DNA from: an uncultured Candidatus Saccharibacteria bacterium
Lineage (GTDB): Bacteria; Patescibacteriota; Saccharimonadia; Saccharimonadales; JACDBH01
Assembly: GCA_964642275.1 (NCBI GenBank)
Contig: CAZXOA010000002.1
Coordinates: 16,019-80,018 of the forward strand
Reading direction: 5' to 3'
DNA length: 64,000 bases
Below are positions 54,491-62,573 of the stretch, piece after piece. A program made the position numbers and the translations under genes. The notes beneath the pieces are model-generated. The model was not told the DNA's origin. It searched no databases and saw only the letters and a list, made by a program, of their open reading frames with translations. Position 1 is the first letter of the stretch; every line of letters begins with the position of its first letter.

Positions 54491-54524
54491 GATGAAATGA
54501 ACCCATAATGAAAGGAAAATACAT

Positions 54525-55679
54525 ATGGATTTTGACTTAAAAAGTCTGGCAGCCGCCATCAAGGTAATTGCCGAAGAAAAGAACCTCAGCGAAGAGGTTG
54601 TGCAAGATGTAGTAGAGCAGGCGCTTGCCGCTGCTTACCGCCGCGATTACGGCGACCGCGAGCAAGAAGTTCGTGTCACCATGGATCTTGATAGCGGTGA
54701 TGTTGACGCCTATGTCAGCAAGACCGTCGTCGAAAAAGTAGAGGATGAGTTCCTGGAAATCAGCCTGAAAGACGCGGGTGTAATGAAGAAGAACGCTGCT
54801 GTCGGCGACGTCATTGAAATCCACCAAAAGGTCGAGACCTTCGGCCGCGTGGCTGCCCAAACCGCTAAGCAGGTTATCCTGCAGCGTTTGCGTGAGGCAG
54901 AGCGCGAAATAGTCATGGCCGAATTCGAAGACAAGATCGGCACAGTCGTCAACGGTATTGTCAGCCGCGTCGAGGGCAATATTGCCCGCATGGAGCTTGG
55001 TAAAGCTCAGGCCATTATGCCGCGCAGCGAACAGATCCAGGGCGAACGCTACCATCCAGGCCAGCGCCTCAAGGTATATCTCAAAGACATCGAACGCGGT
55101 TTCCGCGGCCCGCAGCTGGTAGTATCGCGCGGTAATCCTGAGTTTGTCGAATGGCTGTTCCGCGCAGAAGTACCAGAGATGGAGAGCGGTGCGGTCAGCA
55201 TCAAGGGTATCGCCCGTGAAGCTGGTGTACGTTCTAAAATTGCCGTTGCCAGTACGGTTCAGGGTGTTGACCCTGTCGGTACCTTTGTCGGCGGCCATGG
55301 TACCCGTGTAAATGCTGTCATGAGCGAAGTGGGTGACCAGGAAAAGATTGATATCGTGGTGTGGGATGAAGATCTCAAGACCTATATTCAGAACGCACTG
55401 AGCCCAACCAAGGTTAATCGTGTCGAGATTGACGAAGCTAACAAAAAGGCTCGTGTAGCTGTAGATGACGATCAGCTGAGTATTGCCATCGGCAAAAGCG
55501 GCCAGAACGTACGCCTTGCCAGCAAGCTGTCAGGATATGATATTGATATCATGGCCGATAAGCCAGCCGAACCAGCCGTGGGCGCAACCGTAGAAGCCGT
55601 CAAACCTGTCCAGAAGCTCAAGCGCAAGGACCAGCTCGAGAGCAGCCTACTCGAAGCCATCGAGGAACACGGAGAGTAG
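54525..55679 (+). CDS. nusA: transcription termination/antitermination factor NusA
   Basis: NusA N-terminal domain, S1 domain and two KH domains (GKSGQNVRLASKL). Confidence 0.95.
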   Translation: MDFDLKSLAAAIKVIAEEKNLSEEVVQDVVEQALAAAYRRDYGDREQEVRVTMDLDSGDVDAYVSKTVVEKVEDEFLEISLKDAGVMKKNAAVGDVIEIHQKVETFGRVAAQTAKQVILQRLREAEREIVMAEFEDKIGTVVNGIVSRVEGNIARMELGKAQAIMPRSEQIQGERYHPGQRLKVYLKDIERGFRGPQLVVSRGNPEFVEWLFRAEVPEMESGAVSIKGIAREAGVRSKIAVASTVQGVDPVGTFVGGHGTRVNAVMSEVGDQEKIDIVVWDEDLKTYIQNALSPTKVNRVEIDEANKKARVAVDDDQLSIAIGKSGQNVRLASKLSGYDIDIMADKPAEPAVGATVEAVKPVQKLKRKDQLESSLLEAIEEHGE

Positions 55680-55680
55680 C

Positions 55681-56247
55681 ATGGCACGTAACCCAGAGCA
55701 TGGAGCTGGGTGGGAGATAAGACGAGAGTTCGTTGATCCTGAAAAGGCTGCGCGTGCTGGCAAAGAGGTATTGGGTCTAATCGAGTCGGGTAGCAAGTAC
55801 TTTAGTACGTACGATTACAACCCGCCGGGTACAAGCGGAGTCACCTTTTGTAACTTGGCTGCTTGGAGCCCAAGTCAGTACCCCGAGCAGACCGACACAA
55901 TACAGAATGATCCTGATGCCATGAAAGCGGTGAGGGACATCATAGATATACACCGGCGTACGGAGAAGGTTATATCTGAGAAAGTACGCAGTGCCCAGTT
56001 TAATATATATGAACCTGGCGGCCATACCCGCAGTCATCGGGACAGGAGACGTGGTGAGATCTTTGCGCTTGGACTACTCGGAGTGGCTCAAGCAAGAATA
56101 AAAGACCCGGTCTTTGGCACTTGGCATGAATTCGAGATTAATCCTGGCGATGGGGTGCATTTTGTCAATCCGCGTGCACAAAGGTTACGCCCCTACCATC
56201 AGTTTATTAATATATCCAACGCTCGTAGGGTATCCATAGTTGCCTAA
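55681..56247 (+). CDS. hypothetical protein, possible 2OG-Fe(II) oxygenase / double-stranded beta-helix fold
   Basis: YEPGGHTRSHRD (YxxGxxxxxHxD-like), a later GDGVHFVNP His and RRVSIV Arg. Start lies 2 nt after the nusA stop. Confidence 0.45.
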   Translation: MARNPEHGAGWEIRREFVDPEKAARAGKEVLGLIESGSKYFSTYDYNPPGTSGVTFCNLAAWSPSQYPEQTDTIQNDPDAMKAVRDIIDIHRRTEKVISEKVRSAQFNIYEPGGHTRSHRDRRRGEIFALGLLGVAQARIKDPVFGTWHEFEINPGDGVHFVNPRAQRLRPYHQFINISNARRVSIVA

Positions 56248-56405
56248 ATTAGCACTCGACATGGCTGAGTGCCAAGTGCTATACTGGATATCAGGTCTAG
56301 ATAAAACGACCGTAAGCACGAAGCGAAAAGAGCAGCCGGAACGTCAGGCTTTGCCTGCGTCCCGCGCGTTGAGAAAAACTGCGAAGTTTGTCTCAAGGAG
56401 AGTTT

Positions 56406-58910
56406 ATGATGCCAAATAGCCCAGATTTTCAAGAATTCTTGAACCACTTAAGCGACAATGCGCTGCAGAGCCTCAAGCATGCAGACGCGATTGCGCGCAG
56501 TTTTAATAGCCCGTATATCGGTACGGAGCACTTGCTTTTGGGCGTGCTTGCCCAAGACAGCTCTATGGGTGCCAAGGTGCTGGAAGGCAGCGGTGTGACG
56601 CTGGAGCGCGCGCGTGTGGCCTTGAACCTGACGCCGAAGTCTATTGTTATCAACATGGGTGCTAAGGGCCTGAGCGAGACTGCAAAACTCACACTTCGAA
56701 TGGCATACGAGCTGTCGCAGGAGTTTGGCCAAGATTTCACTGGAACGGAACATATTCTCTATAGCATTCTGAGTCAGAAAAACGCACGGGCAACCACCTT
56801 GCTGAGAGATCTGCAGGTCAATACCGATACACTGACTGGCGAGCTTGAGCAGTTTATGAATCGCCAGCAATATGACGACGGCGAGAACCCCGGCAGTACC
56901 GGTACGCGCCGCCGCTCCAAACAGCGCCGCGGCAAAACTGCTCTTGATACCTACGGGACTGACATGACGGCTCAGGCGCGCCAGGGCAAGCTAGACCCTG
57001 TGGTAGGGCGCGAACAGCAGATCCGCCGCGTGATCACGATTCTTAACCGCCGCACCAAGAACAACCCGGTACTTATTGGCGAGCCTGGTGTTGGCAAGAC
57101 GGCTATTGTAGAAGGCCTGGCACAGAGGATTATTAGCGAAGATGTACCTGACAGCTTGCTTGATAAGCGTATTATCATGCTTGATCTTGCCGGCATGATT
57201 GCCGGTACCAAATACCGCGGTGAGTTCGAAGAACGGCTTAAAAAAGTCATGGCCGAGCTCGAAGATAGCAAAAACGCGGTGGTATTTATCGACGAACTTC
57301 ACTTAATCGTGGGAGCCGGTGCGGCTGAAGGCTCGATGGATGCGGGGAATATACTCAAGCCTGCCCTTGCACGCGGCAAAATCCAGCTGATTGGCGCCAC
57401 GACTACGCAGGAGTACACCAAATATGTTGAAAAAGATGCAGCACTCGAACGCCGGTTCCAACCCGTACAAGTGCCAGAGACAACGGTGCCGGAGACGCTT
57501 GCAATACTGAAGGGACTCAGAAAGCACTACGAATCATTCCACGGCGTGGCAATTGGCGATGATGTGCTCGAAGACACAGTGCATCTAGCCAAGAGATATA
57601 TAAACGACCGGTTCATGCCGGACAAAGCCATCGACCTGCTCGATGAAGCGGCCGCGCACCTGCGCGTTGACAAGGGCAAGACGCCGCCGGAGCTGCGTAA
57701 GCTTCAGAAGGAACTCAAGCTGCTGAATATACGCATAGATGACGCGGTCGATGCCGAAGAGTACCAAAAGGCTGCCGAATATAAACAGCAGGCCTCCAAG
57801 ATTAGCCTCGATATAGAAAAGATCCTCGAAAAGGCCAAGGGCGGCAAACGCCTCAAGCTGACCACAGATGATATTGCCGACGTGGTTGCCCGTATGACAG
57901 GGGTGCCGGTCAATAAAGTGATCCGTTCAGAGGCCAAGTACCTGCGCAACCTGGAATCAAACCTCGAAAAGCACGTGATTGGACAAAACGAAGCCGTTAA
58001 CGCACTGGCCCGCGCCGTACGCCGCAACCGTATTGGCATCGGCCAGACGTCCCGGCCTATTGGTTCGTTCATATTCCTTGGGCCGACTGGCGTGGGCAAG
58101 ACCGAGCTGGCCCGCGTACTGGCCCGCGAATTCTTTGGTTCCGAAAACGCCCTGATAAAAATCGACATGAGCGAGTTCGGCGAACACCATAACGTGTCGC
58201 GCCTGGTTGGCGCACCGGCCGGCTACGTCGGTTACGACGACGGCGGCCAGCTGACTGACAAGATTCGCCGCCAGCCGTACAGCGTGGTATTGTTCGACGA
58301 AATCGAAAAAGCTCACCCCGATGTGTTCAATATGCTGCTGCAGCTGCTCGAAGACGGCCGGCTCAGCGACGCTAAGGGCCGTGCAATTGACTTCACTAAT
58401 ACCATCGTCATCATGACCAGTAACATTGGCGCTGACAAGCTGCAAAAAGAGGCCAGCTTCGGCTTTAGCGCCGCAAACAAAAAAGACATCGAAGACCTTG
58501 ATGATTTGCATACTGAGAACAGGAGTAAAGTACTGGACGAACTTAAGAAGCTTATGAAGCCAGAGCTGCTAAACCGTATCGACAAGACAATCGTTTTCCG
58601 GGCGCTGACCAAAAAAGATGCGCTTGCCATCATGGATTTGCAGCTGGATGAGCTGAGAAAGCGGCTCGTCAAACAGGGCCTGGGACTATCTGTGAGTGCA
58701 GCAGCCAAGCAATGGATGCTAGAGAAGGGGTACGATGCTAAGAACGGTGTGCGGCCTATGCGCCGATTGATTCAGGACGAGATAGAGGATCATATTGCCG
58801 AAGGGCTTCTTGACGAAGCCTATCAAAAGGGAGACATCGTGCATGTCTCATCAGGCAAGAAAGGGCTCCTGTTTAGCACGAGGACCGAAAAATCCGCTAG
58901 GAAGAAATAG
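56406..58910 (+). CDS. clpC: ATP-dependent Clp protease ATP-binding subunit ClpC
   Basis: Clp_N repeats, two AAA+ modules ([16 protein letters not shown]) and a UVR motif. AAGGAGAG Shine-Dalgarno before ATG 56406. Confidence 0.95.
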   Translation: MMPNSPDFQEFLNHLSDNALQSLKHADAIARSFNSPYIGTEHLLLGVLAQDSSMGAKVLEGSGVTLERARVALNLTPKSIVINMGAKGLSETAKLTLRMAYELSQEFGQDFTGTEHILYSILSQKNARATTLLRDLQVNTDTLTGELEQFMNRQQYDDGENPGSTGTRRRSKQRRGKTALDTYGTDMTAQARQGKLDPVVGREQQIRRVITILNRRTKNNPVLIGEPGVGKTAIVEGLAQRIISEDVPDSLLDKRIIMLDLAGMIAGTKYRGEFEERLKKVMAELEDSKNAVVFIDELHLIVGAGAAEGSMDAGNILKPALARGKIQLIGATTTQEYTKYVEKDAALERRFQPVQVPETTVPETLAILKGLRKHYESFHGVAIGDDVLEDTVHLAKRYINDRFMPDKAIDLLDEAAAHLRVDKGKTPPELRKLQKELKLLNIRIDDAVDAEEYQKAAEYKQQASKISLDIEKILEKAKGGKRLKLTTDDIADVVARMTGVPVNKVIRSEAKYLRNLESNLEKHVIGQNEAVNALARAVRRNRIGIGQTSRPIGSFIFLGPTGVGKTELARVLAREFFGSENALIKIDMSEFGEHHNVSRLVGAPAGYVGYDDGGQLTDKIRRQPYSVVLFDEIEKAHPDVFNMLLQLLEDGRLSDAKGRAIDFTNTIVIMTSNIGADKLQKEASFGFSAANKKDIEDLDDLHTENRSKVLDELKKLMKPELLNRIDKTIVFRALTKKDALAIMDLQLDELRKRLVKQGLGLSVSAAAKQWMLEKGYDAKNGVRPMRRLIQDEIEDHIAEGLLDEAYQKGDIVHVSSGKKGLLFSTRTEKSARKK

Positions 58911-58933
58911 TACTGCTCTTGTAGTATGAAAGC

Positions 58934-59908
58934 ATGAGCGGGGCGATGAAAAAATTCAGCATAGGGGCTTCTTTTGCCATACTCGCGGTAGTCGCTTTTG
59001 GGCTCGTGTTTCGAAACGACATCCACGACTATCTGAAACTACGCAACTACACTCCGTCAAAGGCAATTGTAGAGCTGGCCGATGCGACGACTATGCAAAG
59101 CGACGCACGGCGTCTTTTCTATGTCAATCATCCAGTGATTGCCGACAGCGAAGAGTTCAATAGCACCTGCCGTGAAAACGAACATTCGATAGTGCTGGGG
59201 TGTTATCTAACGGGTCAGCGCGGTATATATCTGTTGCACGTGACAGATGAGCGCCTTGCGGGTATCCAGGAGGTGACTGCGGCTCACGAGCTCCTGCATG
59301 CCGCGTATGAGCGCTTGAGCATTCGCGAGAGAAATCGGGTGGATGTATTGTTGGCTGACGTGTTCGCCAGTATCACCGATACGCGCGTAAAAGAGACCAT
59401 AGAGCTGTACAGAAGGCAGGACCCCGCTATTGTGCCAAATGAGCTGCACTCTATACTTGGCACTGAGGTGAGGGTACTCTCGGCCGAGCTCGAGACGTAC
59501 TATGCACGGTACTTTAAAGATCGTCAGAGGATAGTCAGTTTTGCTGAGGCGTACGAGCAGGCCTTTATCGAGCGGCGCAACATCATTCGCCAGTATGATG
59601 CCGAGCTTACAAGCCTCAAACAGCGTATCGACGCGCTTAGTTTGCAGCTGAGTACAGACGAGACACAGCTGCGTGCTCTGCGTCAGGAGATGGAGGGCTA
59701 TCGTTCGGCTCATCAAATCGAGCGGTATAACGAGCTGGTACCAATTTTTAACGGTCGCGTGGCCGCGTATAACACGGAGGTGGATGAGTTGAGTGCTTTG
59801 GTAGCGCGGTATAACGACACCGTGCAAAAGCGTAATGGTGTTGCTGCCGAAGAAGCTGAACTGGTTGATGCTATTGATAGCCGGGATGTGGTGCCGAAGC
59901 AGCAGTAG
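58934..59908 (+). CDS. hypothetical membrane-anchored protein with an HExxH motif and coiled coil
   Basis: N-terminal TM helix, AAHELLHAAYE (HExxH) and a long C-terminal coiled coil. The metalloprotease role is only a guess. Confidence 0.6.
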   Translation: MSGAMKKFSIGASFAILAVVAFGLVFRNDIHDYLKLRNYTPSKAIVELADATTMQSDARRLFYVNHPVIADSEEFNSTCRENEHSIVLGCYLTGQRGIYLLHVTDERLAGIQEVTAAHELLHAAYERLSIRERNRVDVLLADVFASITDTRVKETIELYRRQDPAIVPNELHSILGTEVRVLSAELETYYARYFKDRQRIVSFAEAYEQAFIERRNIIRQYDAELTSLKQRIDALSLQLSTDETQLRALRQEMEGYRSAHQIERYNELVPIFNGRVAAYNTEVDELSALVARYNDTVQKRNGVAAEEAELVDAIDSRDVVPKQQ

Positions 59909-60243
59909 TTTTCTTCCGTTCTTGTAGTCAAGAACCAACCCCTCTGTTACTTTTGATGGCAAAAGTAACCAAAACTACTGGGCCAAAATACCTCGTGACT
60001 CATCTGTATGCCAAAATCACAATGCCTCAGACAACTCCCTTTGGTCGGGCAGACAAGTTTCATAGTAGAGTTGTCTGCCTGAGTCTTCGGCAATAATTGT
60101 AATTATTGGCAACATCTGAATCAGGAGGTATTTTGATGCCCAGACCCGGAAAGCAGAAGCCCTGAATGGGCATTATTTATACACGGCCTATCGGCCGTGA
60201 AATGCGTGAAACAGGGGTGGATGAGCAAAAACGCTTGCAAAAC

Positions 60244-60263
60244 TTGACAATGTGTGGTATAAT
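60244..60263 (+). promoter_or_regulatory. dispersed repeat copy: ACTTGACA-N8-TATAAT with TGgTATAAT extended -10
   Basis: The plus strand reads AACTTGACAATGTGTGGTATAATGAGAGGATAGGGTG. Confidence 0.5.
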
Positions 60264-60313
60264 GAGAGGATAGGGTGTGTTTTTGAGCTAACACCGCTCC
60301 ACCCCCTGTACAT

Positions 60314-60327
60314 TGACAGAGTAGTGT
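60314..60327. repeat. left copy of a 14-bp perfect inverted repeat (TGACAGAGTAGTGT)
   Basis: The reverse complement occurs at 60799-60812. Confidence 0.9.
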
Positions 60328-60414
60328 TATTCCAGATTGACTAAGAGATCATATTTTTGTGGTTTGTTAGTCGATCTGGAAGGTTTCCATGATTTAGACT
60401 CCTCGGGAGGGGAA

Positions 60415-60639
60415 ATGAACTGGATTACTGTCGCAGTGATTATCTGCCTCACATGCGTGGCTGTCGCCACAGACATGTTACAAACTCTCGACCATGGGGG
60501 GTGTTCTGTCAGTCGCAAGGTCAGGAGATGGATTCTCGTCCTTTCACCCCTCTGGGTTGCGTTGGGAATCCTGCTCGTGATCGGTCTCATCTTGGAAAGA
60601 GTCCAAGAGAAAACCACCAGCTTCTTCACCGACCGGTGA
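60415..60639 (+). CDS. small two-TM hypothetical protein (74 aa), embedded in a structured non-coding-looking locus
   Basis: GGGAGGGG Shine-Dalgarno 2 nt upstream of ATG 60415. Two hydrophobic helices flank the loop SRKVRRW. The region also carries shadow ORFs on both strands, so coding status is uncertain. Confidence 0.4.
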   Translation: MNWITVAVIICLTCVAVATDMLQTLDHGGCSVSRKVRRWILVLSPLWVALGILLVIGLILERVQEKTTSFFTDR

Positions 60640-60686
60640 AGTAGTAAATTGATGAGCTGTGATTTACATGGGGCTCCCAGAAGAGG

Positions 60687-60704
60687 CGATTCATTAATGA
60701 ATCG
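60687..60704. repeat. 18-nt perfect palindrome CGATTCATTAATGAATCG
   Basis: Read directly. It sits at the tip of a longer GGGG...CCCC imperfect hairpin. Confidence 0.9.
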
Positions 60705-60798
60705 AACTTGCTTCTACCCCAGGGTGGTACTGAGACTTTGAAGGACTTGGTCTTTCGATTTTCTTTACCTTACACCCTCAACCCTGCGCCCTTTCCTC

Positions 60799-60812
60799 AC
60801 ACTACTCTGTCA
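60799..60812. repeat. right copy of the 14-bp perfect inverted repeat (ACACTACTCTGTCA)
   Basis: Reverse complement of 60314-60327. Confidence 0.9.
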
Positions 60813-60871
60813 TCTCACCAGAAAGTTTAAGAGTCTTTGTTGAACTTTGTGATGAGATTACATAAACAGCA

Positions 60872-60900
60872 CCCCGGCCAATGCCGGGGTTTCTGCTTTT
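60872..60900 (+). terminator. intrinsic terminator closing the 60.2-60.9 kb locus
   Basis: CCCCGGC-caat-GCCGGGG followed by TTTCTGCTTTT. Confidence 0.75.
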
Positions 60901-61210
60901 GTCCCGGCTTTCAGGAATCTGATTTGTCAGTGGCTATTCGGCTAGTTAGGTATATGTCACGAGGACTGTTTGAGACCGTTCAAGTCGAGTTTCACAGCGA
61001 CAAATTAGCCGGATAGACATCTGACAAGTCATGATTACTGAACCGCCGGTCAGGCTTTTGGCTTCTTTTCTGCTGAATCAGAAAAGAAGCGACTTGGTTC
61101 TTGGTCTCAAGAGCATCTATGAAAGGATTCCTTATCTAAGGAACAAGAGAGAGTTTAGTTTTTCACCAGAAGAACATAAGATTGCTTGAGGTTTGCGGTG
61201 AGAGAGGCGG

Positions 61211-61216
61211 TATACT
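61211..61216 (+). promoter_or_regulatory. -10 box TATACT 8 nt before the radA ATG
   Basis: gcggTATACTtagttcatATG. Confidence 0.5.
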
Positions 61217-61224
61217 TAGTTCAT

Positions 61225-62571
61225 ATGGCCAAAAAGGGAAGTATCAAGTACGTTTGCAACAGCTGCGGTGCAATGCATGGCTCGTGGATGGGCAAGTGTT
61301 CGGCGTGCGGCGAGTGGAACACGATAGTCGAACAGCTTGATAGCGCTGCTCTCATGGCGCCTGCTGGTCGTGCACTGCAGGCCACCGAAGCAAAAACACT
61401 CGCTGGTTCTAAGCAGCAGTCGCGTATTACTGCCGGCATTGCAACCGTCAACGAAGTGCTTGGCGGCGGTTTTGTGCCGGGTTCGGTCACGCTGATAGCC
61501 GGCCAGCCGGGTATTGGCAAGAGCACACTGCTTTTGCAGGTTGCCTACGAGGCGGCTCAGACAACCAAGGTGCTCTATATAAGCGGCGAGGAGTCAGTTC
61601 ACCAAGTGAGTCTGCGCGCCCAACGGCTTGGGGCTAATCATCAGAACTTATTGCTGGCTTCAAGTACTTCGACTGATGACATTGCTGCTACTATTGCCGC
61701 CGCCGAACAGTCACTGGTTGTTGTTGACTCGGTCCAGACGATATCAGTTGGCGCAGTGTCATCTGCGGCCGGTTCGGTCAGCCAGATTACCAACAGCACG
61801 CAGATGCTCATGCAGGCAGCCAAAACATCTAATACGGCACTGCTTCTGGTAGGGCATGTGACCAAAGAGGGTTCGATTGCCGGGCCAAAAGTGCTTGAGC
61901 ATGTGGTTGATGTGGTACTGCAGCTCGAGGGTGATCGTTATGGCGGGTTTAAGATACTTAGAAGCGTCAAGAATCGGTTTGGGAGTACGCATGAGTCGGC
62001 GATATTCGAGATGAAAGAAGAGGGCTTGATACCTGTCGAGAATCCGTCTGCATCGCTCCTCGAAGAGCGGCAGGTGAGCGACGGCTCGGTTGTGCTTGCG
62101 ACGGTCGAGGGCGCCCGCCCGCTTCTTGTCGAGGTGCAGGCACTGGTCAACACGACTGCGTACGGCTACCCTAAACGAACTGCCAGCGGCTACGATATCA
62201 ACAGGCTCAACCTGCTCGTGGCCATGCTCGAGAAACGCACCAAACTACAGCTGTCTGACAAAGACATTTATCTCAACATTGTCGGCGGTCTTAAGATTAC
62301 CGAGCCGGCAGCTGATTTAGCAGTCGCCATGGCAATTGCATCTGCATCAAAAGGCATGCAACTCAAGGATGATGCCGTGGTGTTTGGCGAACTCGGTCTG
62401 TCGGGCGAAATCCGCCGGGTGCCGTTTGCCGACAAACGTATTGCCGAGGCTAAGAAACTTGGGTTTAGCGGTGCTATTGTCCCAAAGAAAAGTACAGACA
62501 AGGCGTCGCGTGGCTTTGCGTACGAGGTAGCTGATATCAAATCTGCTCTCAATACATTCTTGAGTAAGTAG
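61225..62571 (+). CDS. radA: DNA repair protein RadA
   Basis: Zinc finger CNSCGA...CSACGEWN, Walker A GQPGIGKST, KNRFG and a Lon-like C-terminal domain. ATG lies 8 nt after TATACT. Confidence 0.95.
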   Translation: MAKKGSIKYVCNSCGAMHGSWMGKCSACGEWNTIVEQLDSAALMAPAGRALQATEAKTLAGSKQQSRITAGIATVNEVLGGGFVPGSVTLIAGQPGIGKSTLLLQVAYEAAQTTKVLYISGEESVHQVSLRAQRLGANHQNLLLASSTSTDDIAATIAAAEQSLVVVDSVQTISVGAVSSAAGSVSQITNSTQMLMQAAKTSNTALLLVGHVTKEGSIAGPKVLEHVVDVVLQLEGDRYGGFKILRSVKNRFGSTHESAIFEMKEEGLIPVENPSASLLEERQVSDGSVVLATVEGARPLLVEVQALVNTTAYGYPKRTASGYDINRLNLLVAMLEKRTKLQLSDKDIYLNIVGGLKITEPAADLAVAMAIASASKGMQLKDDAVVFGELGLSGEIRRVPFADKRIAEAKKLGFSGAIVPKKSTDKASRGFAYEVADIKSALNTFLSK

Positions 62572-62573
62572 CG

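Larger units (their letters stand above)
60270..60900 (+). ncRNA. candidate structured RNA locus (may double as mRNA for the 74-aa ORF)
   Basis: Promoter at 60244-60263. 14-bp inverted repeat at 60314-60327 / 60799-60812. 13-bp stem at 60332-60344 / 60367-60379. Palindromes within the core. Intrinsic terminator at 60872-60900. Confidence 0.3.

Noticed and set aside
60337-60414. Longer 100-aa version of the small ORF, starting at TTG 60337
   Set aside because: It has a rare start codon and no Shine-Dalgarno, and it begins inside the 13-bp stem. ATG 60415 has a strong GGGAGGGG Shine-Dalgarno.
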